Source: Tubiluchus corallicola (Eukaryota > Animalia > Priapulida). From it: a stretch of 64,000 bases of DNA. The notes beneath the pieces were generated by a model that ran no database searches, was not told the DNA's origin, and worked only from the letters and a program-made list of their open reading frames with translations. Made by a program: the position numbers and the translations under genes. The stretch spans positions 1 through 64,000 of the forward strand of contig JAQGDQ010000507.1 in NCBI GenBank assembly GCA_030141605.1, read 5' to 3'. Numbering within the stretch: position 1 is the first letter of the stretch; each line of letters opens with the position of its first letter. Positions 26,335-39,830 of the stretch are shown here, one piece after another.

Positions 26335-27469
26335 GCACTGCATTCGCTAAGAATCTCTATTTTGACAGCACTGCATTCACTAAGAATCTCTATTCTGACA
26401 GCACTGCATTCACCAAGAATCTCTATTCTGACAGCACTGCATTCACTAAGAATCTCTATTCTGACAGCACTGCATTCACCAAGAATCTCTATTCTGACAG
26501 CACAGCATTCACTAAGAATCTCTATTTTTGACAGCACTGCATTCACTAAGTATCTCTATTCTGACAGCACTCCATTCACTAAGTATCTTTATTTTGACAG
26601 CACTCCATTCACTAAGAATCTCTATTTTTGACAGCACTGCATTCACTAAGAATCTCTGTTTTTGACAACACTGCATTCACTAAGAATCTCTATTTTTGAC
26701 AGCACTGCATTCACTAAGAATCTCTATTTTTGACAGCACTGCATTCACCAAGAATCTCTGTTTTTGACAGCACTGCATTCACTAAGCATCTCTATTCTGA
26801 CAGCACTGCATTCACTAAGAATCTCTATTCTGACAGCACTGCATTCACTAAGAATCTCTATTCTGACAGCACTGCATTCACTAAGAATCTCTATTATTGA
26901 CAGCAATGCATTCACTAACTATCTTTATTTTGACAGCACGGCATTTACTAAGAAACTTTATTTTTGCCAGCACTGCATTTACTAAGAATCTCTATTTTTG
27001 ACAGCACGGCATTCACTAAGAATCTCTATTTTTGACAGTACAGCATTCGTTAAGAATCTAATTTTGACAGCACACCATTCACTAAGAATCTATATTTTTG
27101 ACAGCACTGCATTCACTAAGAATCTCTATTTTTGACAGCACGGTATTAACTAAGAATCTCTATTTTTGACAACACTCCATTCACTAAGAATCTATATTTT
27201 TGACAACACTCCATTCACTAAGAATCTCTATTTTTGACAGCACGGCATTCACTAAGAATCTCTATTTTTGACAGCACTCCATTCACTAAGAATCTATATT
27301 TTTGACAGCACGGCATTAACTAAGAATCTCTATTTTTGACAGCACACCATTCACTAAGAATCTATATTTTTGACAGCACTGCATTCACTAAGAATCTAAT
27401 TTTGACAGCACTGCATTTACTACGAATCTCTATTTTTGACAGCACTGCATTCACTAAGAATCTCTATTT
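26335..27469. repeat. 33-34 bp minisatellite, ~34 copies
   Basis: Unit tgacagcactgcattcactaagaatctctattt(t). Confidence 0.97.
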
Positions 27470-28667
27470 CAGCTCTGCAAACTTCAATCATAAAAATTCA
27501 CGACAATCGTACGCTAAGCAGACAAAATGACCGTTCAATAATGATCATTTACTGGGATTGAATTCAGTGCCCTAGCCGTGTGCCCTACAAATTGAATTGC
27601 GCCGTTCGATTATAGAAATACAAGCTTATCCAATCCACTGCAGTAAATCTTAAACTCCACACTCTCCTCTTACAAGAAGCAAACAACACACGCTGCACGA
27701 ACGCGAAGCACTCCAAAAACCAGCTATTGTCAAAAAAGCAGTATTGAAATAAATCTAGGAATGCATCTCGTGATATTTCAGAATACAACGCAGGTGGTTC
27801 CCCTCGTCTAGTTACTGTGAATGAGAGAATGGCGCCGGATATGTGCTGTTCTTATACGAACCTCTTTTATATAATCAAACCATGCAAGTATTGTGCATAA
27901 GCAGAAAAAATACGTTGCTTGAAAACAAACGGAAAAGCACAAGCAGCTCATTTTATATGGTATGTGTAAATAAATGAGTAAATTGTATTATATCAATTGA
28001 TTATGTACATTATAAAAAACGTTTAGAAATGTAACCCACATCCTTTTACACAACTTAAAAGGCCACGACCACACACAAAATTTTTCAAGAATTTCAAAAC
28101 TGAAGAGGTTTCAAAAGTGAAAGTGAACATTAAAGTTGGGTAGTATTTTTTATGTTAACACATAACGTGTCTCTATACCCACGCAGTCTAGTCAAGTGCA
28201 AATGTAACAGCTCTTAAATGACACCTTGACTTGAAATGTCTTCGAGAAAATTCGCACTCAAAGCGCTTTTGTGTCAGATAAATGTCAACTCGCGTATTAT
28301 GAGCAAGTTCGTAACAAACTACAAAAGCCAAAAACTCAAAACGTTTGTATTACGGACGTAATAATCATAAGAAATGTGATGCTGCTTTCACGAACAATTC
28401 TTTGACAATAAAGCTTAACATTATGACTTTCAACAAATGAGAATTTTGCCGTATACAGCGTTGTCAACTGTAGCAGCTCTAGAGATGCCCTAGAGCTTTG
28501 AAAAATGAATTCAAAAAGTCATTAATTTTGCTAATGAATTCTGCTGCTTGATAATGTAGCATTCAATAAGCAGATGACAAGAGAAATTGCTTAGGGGAGG
28601 CTGGCTTCATCTAAAGCCATGAGCAACACACTCTTTAGCTTGCTACGGAAACCCTGAAAGTTTTTAA

Positions 28668-29214
28668 AAGAAAACCGGATGATTGTGTAAACACGAATTC
28701 AGAATAAAGAATGCTCTAAAATATTGAAAACTACAACAGCTTATTTTAAATCAAAGCTTAGATCAAATAATAATTACCTCGGATACTCAAACTTTGTTAA
28801 ACTTTCAAAGCTACGCACGGTTCATTGAATCTACTAAGATTGGCAACGGCGCAATTTTGTCACATTCGCGTGATCGACAAATAGAAGACGGTACCGTGAT
28901 AACCATGCTCATGAACTGATGTTAGCTTCATGACGTCATATGACGTAGACCCCATTTTTCCTGACATCATGCGTTTAAACAGTACTGTAACTTCTTCGTA
29001 AATGTGCTTGACGCGCAAGGGAAGACACCTGCCATTGCACAAATTGTGGTTAGTTTCTGACGTAAGCAATAGCTATGTTCGGTTGCCTTTAATTAACTTT
29101 CTAAGCTAATTATTCAAATATAAGGAACAATTGTTAACTTTTATAGGCAAGAAAATGCATATTTTGGACAGTAAATTAAAATGAGATGAGCCTAAACAAT
29201 CGTCCGGTTTTCCT
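28668..29214 (+). mobile_element. Kolobok-like MITE, family A
   Basis: TTAA|AAGAAAACCGGATGATTG...CAATCGTCCGGTTTTCCT|TTAA. Confidence 0.85.
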
Positions 29215-29259
29215 TTAATGATAAATTGACCTTGCTTGCAAGAATGCCTATTGTACAAT

Positions 29260-29797
29260 AAAACACTGGGGTATATTTTACTATTATCACTTAAACTTAG
29301 TAAAGTATAATAAAGAAATTTGCAAAAAACATCTGTAAAGCATAAAGTTAGATGACAAAAAATGGCTATACCAATTTTCAGGCGCAGTGCTGTTCGATGC
29401 AACTGGTGGATTCCGTGATTTTTTGTAAATGCATCGGGGCTTTACGTAAGCACGCGCTGCTTAAACTAAGTCAAACTTCTGTAGCTTGCCTAATGTTCAC
29501 ACTGAAGTATCACAAGATTTGCTATCTAGTCTCTTCATAAAAACTTATTATTCGTTGACACGAATTGGTAGTGTACTGCATTTCTTCAGTCGACGAATGA
29601 CGTCATTGGAGGAAAAATTGGCGTTCAAAATGAAAGCGTGCAAACATGAAATGATCTCGACTTTAAAGTGATTTTACTAATTACACGAGAGCTTATCGCA
29701 CTTTTATTACTAAATCCTTCAAACATTTTTCGCAAACATTGAAACCCTTGTGTTGAAACATGAGCCCTAACTTCCCAGAAGGCATGGCCTTTTCTCT
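29260..29797 (+). mobile_element. Kolobok-like MITE, family D (diverged)
   Basis: Colinear with 13121-13594 (ttatcacttaaacttag, gaatgacgtcattgga, cctaacttcc.agaaggc). Confidence 0.7.
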
Positions 29798-29799
29798 AA

Positions 29800-30798
29800 A
29801 TGAAAGCCGTACACAATCTTAAACTAGGCCTCAAAACAATCTACCCTATAAAATATTAGAATGGAACATATTATCTTTTGAAGAATAACTTTTGTGAAAG
29901 AAAGAATAGTTGCCACAGAAACGTAATTCCTTGTTCGCGCGGCTGGTTTTTCGCTGCTACGTGCATTTCGCCATTCACACGTTAGACGGGTACTAGTGTC
30001 TGCATCTCGGAAACCCGTTGCGCAGAAAAACAGGTGCTGAACTTCTCAGCTCAGATTTGTTCGGTTGTGACGTAGTGCACGCGTTCAAGAGCTCGTGAGT
30101 GAGCATAGCAATAAGTTTGAAACTTGAATTTTAAACTGAAAATCTGTCAAGTTTTTGTGCATCGTATTTTGTATGTTGTACGTAGCACCATGCTTCAGTT
30201 CTCGTGGTATGTTTGTGCTGTTCGACGTTCAGCTATGCTGTCATCACTAACTGGGCTCGTCTACCATTAATGAAGTTTTTAACATATTATTTAATTATCA
30301 GAAACGGAAACGTTTTGGCATTATTATTGGTCATCAAATGGATACGTTCACCTTCAAAATGGGGTAAAATGTAAAAATCATCCTGTTTTCCTATAAACTG
30401 AGACTTAAAAACCGAAACAGTAAACTTATTTCTGTCTGCATCTGGATCGTGTTGCACAATAAACAGGTGGTGTGCCACTCATTTCAGATGTGTTCAGTTG
30501 CGACGTAGTGCACACGTTCGACAGCTCATACGTGAGCAGTGGTAAACTTGAAATATGAATTTTAAACTGAAAATTTGCTTGGTTTTGTCTTCACAAAATT
30601 CGCCTTCACAAACACTTGCAACACGTTCACGGAATGTTTGCGCCGCTGAAAATTATGTTCAGTTGCGACGTGATCACAAGTTGGGGTTGCCAGCCGTTAA
30701 TTAAGATTTTAATCTATTATTAAATTACCAGGAACGCTTTGGCATTATTATAGGCATTAAATGGGGTACGATTTGAAAAATTATCCTGTTTTCCTTTA
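29800..30798 (+). mobile_element. Diverged family-B Kolobok-like copy plus a second partial copy
   Basis: 29800-30392 is colinear with 47301-47933 and ends atcctgttttcct; 30480-30794 repeats the 3' half and ends cctgttttcct|TTAA. Confidence 0.7.
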
Positions 30799-31106
30799 AG
30801 TAACTTGTTACCGCTAAGTTGTACATACACGATCACGCTGACAGCCACTCTATACATGATTAACAAATATAGTTGCTACCTGCTGTAAATATTAGCATAG
30901 CATAAGTTATACAAACTTGCCTAGGTGATTTACTGTGCAAGCAGAAGAATACCAGACTGCTGAGTAAACAATGCAAGTAGTGCCGTTCCCGCATTACTTC
31001 CGATTAGTGTAAAAAACTCAGCACTATTCCGCGAACCTACAATCTTGACGTACGCTTTCAGGAGTTGCGTTTCTATATTACATTTTATCATTATCGTCAT
31101 CATAAC

Positions 31107-31437
31107 GCAGACTCATTGGAGAGTTACCTGGCTGAGTAAATTGGTGCGTGCCGACACTTCATTATTAGTGCAATTACCCGGGGTGTTCATTATTTGAGCG
31201 TTTCGTTGAAATTACAAAATACTGTTTACTTTTATTTTTGTTTGAATAAGTGAGTACGGAGTATACTTTACTGATACCTTTTTATCAGAATTTTAATGTA
31301 ATTTCAACGAAACTCAATTAAACGCTAAAATAATGAACATCTCAGATAATTCCATAAATGAAATCAGATCATCGTCAACCAGCAATACGTATTTGCAATA
31401 TATCATACTCAGGCCAGTGACTCTGCAATGAATCTGC
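31107..31437. mobile_element. Foldback MITE (long imperfect inverted repeat)
   Basis: Paired segments: gcagactcattg / caatgaatctgc, tgttcattattt.agcgttt / aaacgctaaaataatgaaca, tttcgttgaaattaca / tgtaatttcaacgaaa. Confidence 0.75.
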
Positions 31438-31544
31438 CTTGAATTTGAGTCATATTAAAATCAGATTGTCCGTAATTCTTTTTTAATAATCAGTAGTAGC
31501 AGTTTTAAAGGTCGCTAGTGAATATGTTGTTTTGCTTTGATTTT

Positions 31545-33063
31545 CCTTGCCTTGACTTTCAGCATTGCCTTGCCTTCTCCCGCCTTTACTTGTCTTGCTT
31601 GCCATGGTTAGGCTTGTCTTTACTTGTCTTGTCTTACCTTGTCTAGCCTTTACGTTCGCCTTGTCTTGCTTTGCCTAGCCTTTACGTTTGCTTGGCTTAC
31701 CTTGCCTTGCCTTTATATTTACCTTGTCTTGTTTTGTCTAGCCTTTATGTATACCTTGTCTTGCCTTGCCTAGCCTTTGTGTTTACCTTGTCCTAGCCTT
31801 TATGTATACTTTGTCTTGCTTTATCTAGCCTTTATGTATACCTTGTCTTGCCTTGTCTAGCCTTTGCATTTACCTTGTCTTGCCTTGTCTAGCCTTTATG
31901 TTTACCTTGATTTGCCTTGCCTAGCCTTTGCATTTACCTTGTCTTGCCTTGCCTCGCCTTTATGTTTACCTTGTCTTGCTTTGCCTAGCCTTTGCATTTA
32001 CCCTGCTTTACCTTGCCTCGCCTTTAAGTTTACCTTCTCTTGCCTTGCCTCGCCTTTATGTTTACCTTGTCTTGCCTTGGCTTGCCTTTATGTTTAATTC
32101 GTCTTGCCTTGTCTAGCCTTTGCGTTTACCTTGTCTTGCCTTGGCTTGCCTTTATGTTTAATTAGTCTTGCCTTGTCTAGCCTTTGCGTTTACCTTGTCT
32201 TGCCTTGTCTAGCCTTTGCGTTTACCTTGTCTTGCCTTGTCTAGCCTTTGCGTTTACCTTGTCTTGCCTTGTCTAGCCTTTGCGTTTACCTTGTCTTGCC
32301 TTGTCTAGCCTTTATGTATACCTTGTCTTGCCTTGCCTAGCCTTTGCTATTACCTTGTCTTGCTTTGCCTAGCCTTTGCATTTACCCTGCCTTACATGCC
32401 TCGCCTTTATGTTTACCTTGATTTGCCTTGCCTAGCCTTTGCATTGACCTTGTCTTGCCTTGCCTCGCCTTTATGTTTACCTTGTCTTGCTTTGCCTAGC
32501 CTTTGCATTTACCCTGCCTTACCTTGCCTCGCCTTTATGTTTACCTTCTCTTGCCTTGCCTCGCCTTTATGTTTACCTTGTCTTGCCTTGGCTTGCCTCT
32601 ATGTTTAATTCGTCTTGCCTTGTCTAGCCTTTGCGTTTACCTTGTCTTGAGTTGGCTTGCCTTTATGTTTAATTAGTCTTGCCTTGTCTAGCCTTTGCGT
32701 TTACCTTGTCTTGCCTTGTCTAGCCTTTGCGTTTACCTTGTCTAGCCTTTGCGTTTACCTTGTCTTGCCTTGGCTTGCCTTTATGTTTACTTAGTCTTGC
32801 CTTGTCTAGCCTTTGCGTTTACCTTGTCTTGCCTTGTCTAGCCTTTGCGTTTACCTTGTCTAGCCTTTGCGTTTACCTTGTCTTGCCTTGGCTTGCCTTT
32901 ATGTTTAATTAGTCTTGCCTTGTCTAGCCTTTGCGTTTACCTTGTCTTGCCTTGTCTAGCCTTTGCGTAGCCTTTGCGTTTACCTTGTCTTGTCTTGTCT
33001 AGCCTTTGAGTTTACCTTATCTTGCCTTGCCTAGCCTTTGCGTTTACGTAGTCTTGCGTTTAC
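31545..33063. repeat. ~32 bp minisatellite built from CCTTG-like pentamers
   Basis: Unit ccttgtcttgccttgtctagcctttgcgttta; more degenerate at the left edge. Confidence 0.95.
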
Positions 33064-34007
33064 TAAAGCAGCAAAAGCTCTGCCTACAAAACATAATCAA
33101 TACAAGCTAGAATAGACTCGACTACACAACACAGAATAATTTTTAATGAAAAAAATAGTGAGAATGAACGAAAAAATCCCACCATTAAAAAAAACAAGAA
33201 AACAGGAAACAACACGATGTTTCAAACTACCACTGGAGTTCTTCTTGAGACCTTTTTATTCACCTATTGCCAGTAATTGTTTAAACGTATACACGAAAAA
33301 TGCTCAAATCTGCATTAATTCGAATATTTGTAAGTGGCCTACATAATCTTGAAATCTCGAAAATCTTATAATCCTATGCACGTGTTAGCGAAAGCACGAG
33401 CATTTAATATATGTACTCCGCCAAATTCAAATAAAAGAAATTTTGGGACAAGACTACTATCAAAACAGCCACTTAAACTTGCAAATTAGTAACCCGGTTA
33501 CGTACCTCAAAGCTTATACACGTGTAACACGTTGTGTCATTAGGAAAGCATTCAGACCATCATAGAATTGACAAGAGTGCTGTAAATCTCTAATTAATGA
33601 GGGCTAGTGCCCATAATTACATACATAATAACCTGCATTTCAAAACAAATACAGCATAACAGTCAAAACCAGCAGGCGCGAAACTTATAAATCATTTATA
33701 ACTAAACCTGCTAAAATCGTATAAGAAGCGCGTGCATCAGACAAGCGGGTAAATCATTTGCCACATTTCCGCCTCCTAACAGCTCCTGCATTGATTTTTA
33801 TTGCCACGTTTCTGTAGCTAGCGCGCCAGTTTTGCTTTTGACAAGTCTCTGCTTTCACTCGGCCGCACAAAAGACTAAAAGATTTCATTCAATGGTTTAT
33901 CGTTCGTTAAGACAGAATAGATTAATCCTGGAACAACTAAAGGCAATCTGATATCAGAAAAATCCGAACTATAGTAACAATGTAGCGTATTTAAAAAAGT
34001 TTTCAGC

Positions 34008-37000
34008 CAATGTCGGATTAAGGCATGGGTTTTATGGGCTGCAACCCAGGGGACTCCTGAGATTAAATGAAATTAATTTTTTGTGAAAAGTTACTACAGA
34101 ATGAATGTAGAACTATGCTGAATTATCTCTTTAGAAAAAGGCTCAATTATTTAAGATACTGTATAGTAAGACACTTGGATTGTTTCCTTGTCCATTGTTC
34201 CAACACACTGGTACTGCCACACTGACAATCCTGATTACAATGACGTCATTTTATAGGAATTGAGGTTACATCTCCTCTGGCAAAATTACAGTTTAACGTA
34301 ATTTGTACGTATTATATTTAATATTTCGACAACTTGTTTTAATTTCGTAAATATCAGAATATCTCTTCTCCTTTTATTGTGTTAGATTTGCACACATCTA
34401 TGTGGGTCTAATGTTGGCATTATGTTGTAGAAGTTGAATAAACTGATTTGAAGAATTCAACATTCATGCTTTTGTTAATTGTCACTGTGGGTCTAATGTT
34501 GGCATTATGTTGTAGAAGTTGAATAAACTGATTTGAAGAATCCAACATTCACGCTTTTGTTAATTGTCACTATGGGTCTAATGTTGGCATTATGTTGTAG
34601 AAGTTGAATAAACTGATTTGAAGAATCCAACATTCACGCTTTTGTGAATTGTCACTATGGGTCTAATGTTGGCATTATGTTGTAGAAGTTGAATAAACTA
34701 ATTTGAAGAATCCAACATTCACGCTTTTGTTAATTGTCACTATGGGTCTAATGTTGGCATTATGTTGTAGAAGTTGAATAAACTGATTTGAAGAATCCAA
34801 CATTCACGCTTTTGTTAATTGTCACTGTGGGTCTAATGTTGGCATTATGTTGTAGAAGTTGAATAAACTGATTTGAAGAATCCAACATTCACGCTTTTGT
34901 GAATCGTCACTGGGGGTCTAATTTTAGCATTATGTTGTAGAAGTTGAATAAACTGATTTGAAGAATCCAACATTCACGCTTTTGTGAATCGTCACTGGGG
35001 GTCTAATTTTAGCATTATGTTGTAGAAGTTGAATAAACTGATTGAAGAATCCAACATTCACACTTTTGTTAATTGTCACTGTGGGTCTAATGTTGGCATT
35101 ATGTTGTAGAAGTTGAACAAGCTGATTTGAAGAATCCAACATTCACGCTTTTGTTAATTGTCACTGTGGGTCTAATGTTGGCATTATGTTGTAGAAGTTG
35201 AATAAACTGATTTGAAGAATCCAACATTCACGCTTTTGTTAATTGTCACTATGGGTCTAATGTTGGCATTATGTTGTAGAAGTTGAATAAACTGATTTGA
35301 AGAATCCAACATTCACGCTTTTGTGAATTGTCACTATGGGTCTAATGTTGGCATTATGTTGTAGAAGTTGAATAAACTAATTTGAAGAATCCAACATTCA
35401 CGCTTTTGTTAATTGTCACTATGGGTCTAATGTTGGCATTATGTTGTAGAAGTTGAATAAACTGATTTGAAGAATCCAACATTCACGCTTTTGTTAATTG
35501 TCACTGTGGGTCTAATGTTGGCATTATGTTGTAGAAGTTGAATAAACTGATTTGAAGAATCCAACATTCACGCTTTTGTGAATCGTCACTGGGGGTCTAA
35601 TTTTAGCATTATGTTGTAGAAGTTGAATAAACTGATTTGAAGAATCCAACATTCACGCTTTTGTGAATCGTCACTGGGGGTCTAATTTTAGCATTATGTT
35701 GTAGAAGTTGAATAAACTGATTGAAGAATCCAACATTCACACTTTTGTTAATTGTCACTGTGGGTCTAATGTTGGCATTATGTTGTAGAAGTTGAACAAG
35801 CTGATTTGAAGAATCCAACATTCACGCTTTTGTTAATTGTCACTGTGGGTCTAATGTTGGCATTATGTTGTAGAAGTTGAATAAACTGATTTGAAGAATC
35901 CAACATTCACGCTTTTGTTAATTGTCACTGTGGGTCTAATGTTGGCATTATGTTGTAGAAGTTGAATAAACTGATTGAAGAATCCAACATTCACGCTTTT
36001 GTTAATTGTCACTGTGGGTCTAATGTTGGCATTATGTTGTAGAAGTTGAATAAACTGATTTGAAGAATCCAACATTCACGCTTTTGTTAATTGTCACTGT
36101 GGGTCTAATGTTGGCATTATGTTGTAAAAGTTGAATAAACTGATTTGAAGAATCCAACATTCACGCTTTTGTTAATTGTCACTGTGGGTCTAATGTTGGC
36201 ATTATGTTGTAGAAGTTGAATAAACTGATTTGAAGATTCCAACATTCACGCTTTTGTTAATTTTCACTATGGGTCTAATGTTGACATTATGTTGTAGAAG
36301 TTGAATAAACTGATTTGAAGAATCCAACATTCATGCTTTTGTTAATTGTCACTGTGGGTCTAATGTTGGCATTATGTTGTAGAAGTTGAATAAACTGATT
36401 TAAAGAATCCAACATTCATGCTTTTGTTAATTGTCACTGTGGGTCTAATGTTGGCATTATGTTGTAGAAGTTGAATAAACTGATTTGAAGAATCCAACAT
36501 TCATGCTTTTGTTAATTGTCACTGTGGGTCTAATGTTGGCATTATGTTGTAGAAGTTGCATAAACTGATTTGAAGAATTCAACATTCACGCTTTTGTTAA
36601 TTTTCACTATGAGTCTAATGTTGACATTATGTTGTAGAAGTTGAATAAACTGATTTGAAAAATCCAACATTCATGCTTTTGTTAATTGTCACTGTGGGTC
36701 TAATGTTGGCATTATGTTGTAGAATTTGAATAAACTGATTTGAAGAATCCAACATTCACGCTTTTGTTAATTGTCACTGTGGGTCTAATGCTGGCATTAT
36801 GCTGTAGAAGTTGAGTAAACTGATTTGAAGAATCCAACATTCATGCTTTTGTTAATTGTCACTGTGGGCCTGTTGACATTACGTTGTAGAACTTGAATAA
36901 ACTGATTTGAAAAATCCAACATTCATGTTTTTGTTAATTGTCACTGTTGGTCTAATGTTGGCATTACGTTGTAGAAGTTGAGTAAACTGATTTGAAGAAT

Positions 37001-37258
37001 CCAACATTCATGCTTTTGTTAATTGTCACTGTGGGCCTGTTGACATTACGTTGTAGAAGTTGAATAAACTGATTTGAAAAATCCAACATTCATGTTTTTG
37101 TTAATTGTCACTGTGGGTCTAATGTTGGCATTACGTTGTAAAAGTTGAATTAGCTGATTTGAAGAATCCAACATTCATGCTTTTGTTAACTGTCACTGGG
37201 AGCCTGAGCCTCGCAGTGTCTGTAGCCCAGGGGAGTAGAAAATCAAAATCCGGCACTG
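34008..37258. mobile_element. hAT-like non-autonomous element enclosing the 85 bp array
   Basis: Left CAATGTCGGATT vs right AATCCGGCACTG (10/12 inverted match), with gcaacccagggg and gtagcccagggg subterminal motifs. No clean 8 bp TSD. Confidence 0.55.
34399..37198. repeat. 85 bp satellite, ~33 copies
   Basis: Unit ctgtgggtctaatgttggcattatgttgtagaagttgaataaactgatttgaagaatccaacattcacgcttttgttaattgtca. Confidence 0.98.
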
Positions 37259-37344
37259 TTCCTATCAGCTATTGCGACATACGTGAAAATATACTCAAGT
37301 CTGAGTATTAAAATACAGGCATAGGTGGCTTGATTTACTATAGT

Positions 37345-37650
37345 AAGCAATGCAATTCTTATTGTTAAGAAAGGACTGCGTTCTTAAGCCAAATATCAGG
37401 CGTTTTTCCAGAATTCTCACCCATGTGTGATATCGACCAGTTTATATTTTTAAATAAATGTGGAGATGTGGAAGTTAAAAAGTTGTTGATTAACTATATG
37501 CATAAAATTTCAGCTATATGCGATTCCAAATTAAAAGGTGCGAATTAAATCAGTGTGAATTAATGTATGCCATTCAACCAACACTGTGATATATATGTAG
37601 TTGTGTTTCATGTAAATTATTGCACTTTTTGAATAAAGTCTTTGTATATT
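37345..37650 (+). mobile_element. Probable LINE 3' end fragment
   Basis: QCNSYC*ERTAFLSQISGVFPEFSPMCDIDQFIFLNKCGDVEVKKLLINYMHK resembles the C..Y...R tail of non-LTR ORF2; AATAAA at ~37632. Confidence 0.45.
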
Positions 37651-37676
37651 TTTGTCTTTTTATCAACCAGGCTTAA

Positions 37677-38464
37677 AGCAAAACCGGACCCAATCTTAAA
37701 CTGTAGATCTTGTGCGACAAAAATGACTTACGTGAAAGAATTATTACCACAAACACGAATTAAAGGGAGACAGGATGATTTTTCACATACTATTCCATTT
37801 TCAAGTCCGATGAAAAGTATACATTTTAACGTAATTAATAATGCAAGAGCATTTCTGATAATTAAATAACAGATTAAAAACTTAATTGACGGCAGGCGAG
37901 CCGAGCTATTGATCACATCATAATTTTCAATATCAAAATATTCCACGAGCGTGTTGCACGTGTTTGCGAAAGTAAAAAAGTGCTACTGTAAGTTATTTAG
38001 TGTGTTGTACGAAAAAACTAGGCAAATTTTGAGATAAAAATTAAAATTTCACGCATGAGCAGTCGAACGTGTGTAGTTCGTCAAAAACTAACACATCTGA
38101 ACTGACAGGTACAGCACCTGTTTTTTTTTTTGCAATGCGTTTCCGAAATGCAGGCGCTAGTGCCCGTCTAACTAGCGAATGGCGATATGCATGTAACAGC
38201 AAAGAACTAGTGGCGCGAAAGCGAATTTGTGATTGTGTGGTAATAATTCCTTCACGTAAGCCATTTTTGAAAAATAGTATGTTTTCTTTCAATATTTTAA
38301 AGAGTAGATTGTTTGACCTACAGTTTAAGATTGGGTTTTCCTTTACGTTTTTAATCTATTATTTAATTATCAGAAACGCTTTTGCAGTATTAATTGTATT
38401 AAAATGTATACTTTTTATCGTACTTGAAAATGGGGTAGTACAAGAAAAATCATCCTGTCTTCCT
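37677..38464. mobile_element. Nested Kolobok-like family B: an inverted copy (37764-38342) inside an internally deleted copy
   Basis: Outer TTAA|AGCAAAACCGGAC...CCTGTCTTCCT|TTAA; inner TTAA|AGGGAGACAGGATG...GGGTTTTCCT|TTAc. Confidence 0.8.
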
Positions 38465-39119
38465 TTAAAAAGAAGCCTGTATTAGTAGGGACGTGTTCCT
38501 GTACGCTTTATTTACTTAAATCACAAACTTAACTGTACTTGTGTTTGTTTGTTTAATAAAGCATTTCTATTCTATCTTACAATAACAACGTCTGCATGTA
38601 CTGTGAGAACACGCACTTGATTACCTCGTGTTTTCATTTTAACAGAAGAATATTACAAACAGCTAAGTATCCAAAACACTATTCTTGGAAAGCTCAAACA
38701 GAAACTTTGATTAACAGGCTCGCTATAGTCATTGTATTCGTAGAAACTTGATAGTATGCGTAGAAAACGTAACCGAGATACTACGTTGCTTTTTTGAGAT
38801 AATAAGCGATTATTAGTTGCTCAGATGACTGGCTAACCGTTTTGGGGAAGTTAGAGAGCCTGCTCCTGCTCTGACGAATGGCATTTGCAATTTCAAGAAA
38901 GGCTACATACCTAAGGTATATTCCTGTTCCAAACATGTAGAGTGAAGCAATGTACCGCTGCACGTATAATGTATATACTATTATAATATATACTATTTAC
39001 GTACGTATTATATAATACTGTACGTGCAATATTCATTCGAGGTACCATAGCAGTGAAACAGAACCGTACTACGTTGTGACAGTACGTGAGTGTTATTTGA
39101 CAAAACAGGTTGACAAAAC

Positions 39120-39830
39120 AGGTTCGCTAGCAACACACTTCTTGTCGGCCATCTTGTATGAGGTGTCCATATTGGATAATTTTCGAATTATTGGCTATAT
39201 ACCAAAGTTAATCAGCCGGATTGGTTTTAGCAAACTGCAAAGTTTCGTGCTTTTATGGTAAAATGAACAATTCCGTCATTTTGTCGGAATTCAGTCAACA
39301 TTTGCAGCCATCTTGAAATTGGGTGAAGTTATAGGGTCCTTTAAGCATCAGATATTGATGCGTTGACCTTGAAAACCTATATTTACACACCAAAATCATT
39401 ACGTCTGCTCTGATAGAAAAGATATAGCCATTATAAGCTAGCAAATTGAGGGCCATCTTGAAAATTGCGGCCATATTGGACGAATTTCGATTGACTTCAT
39501 AACCAAAATTAATCACCAAAATTATAAAGAACGTACTACTACCACTACCACTACCACTACCTTAATCATGATAGATTCTACCACTGAGCAAAGTTTGATA
39601 TTTTTGAATCAAAGTGAGCACTTTGTCCATTGTGGTAGACCAAATTAGGTGGCCATATTTTTCGACGTCATAATTAGACCATTTAAGGTGCTCAAATTTC
39701 GGAAAATTCTTGACACGTTATTCACTAAATCAAATACTATAAGAAAATGCCTTTTGAAAATCCCATAAATCGTTTTCCTGCACTTTTTGGGGTTGGACAA
39801 TTTAATCCACTATATTGACCCTACTATGAT
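39120..39830. mobile_element. Unclassified decayed repeat with recurrent GCCAT(C/A)TTG motifs
   Basis: About six gccatcttg/gccatatt motifs and a duplicated accaaa.ttaatca; a pattern seen in invertebrate non-autonomous DNA elements. Confidence 0.45.
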
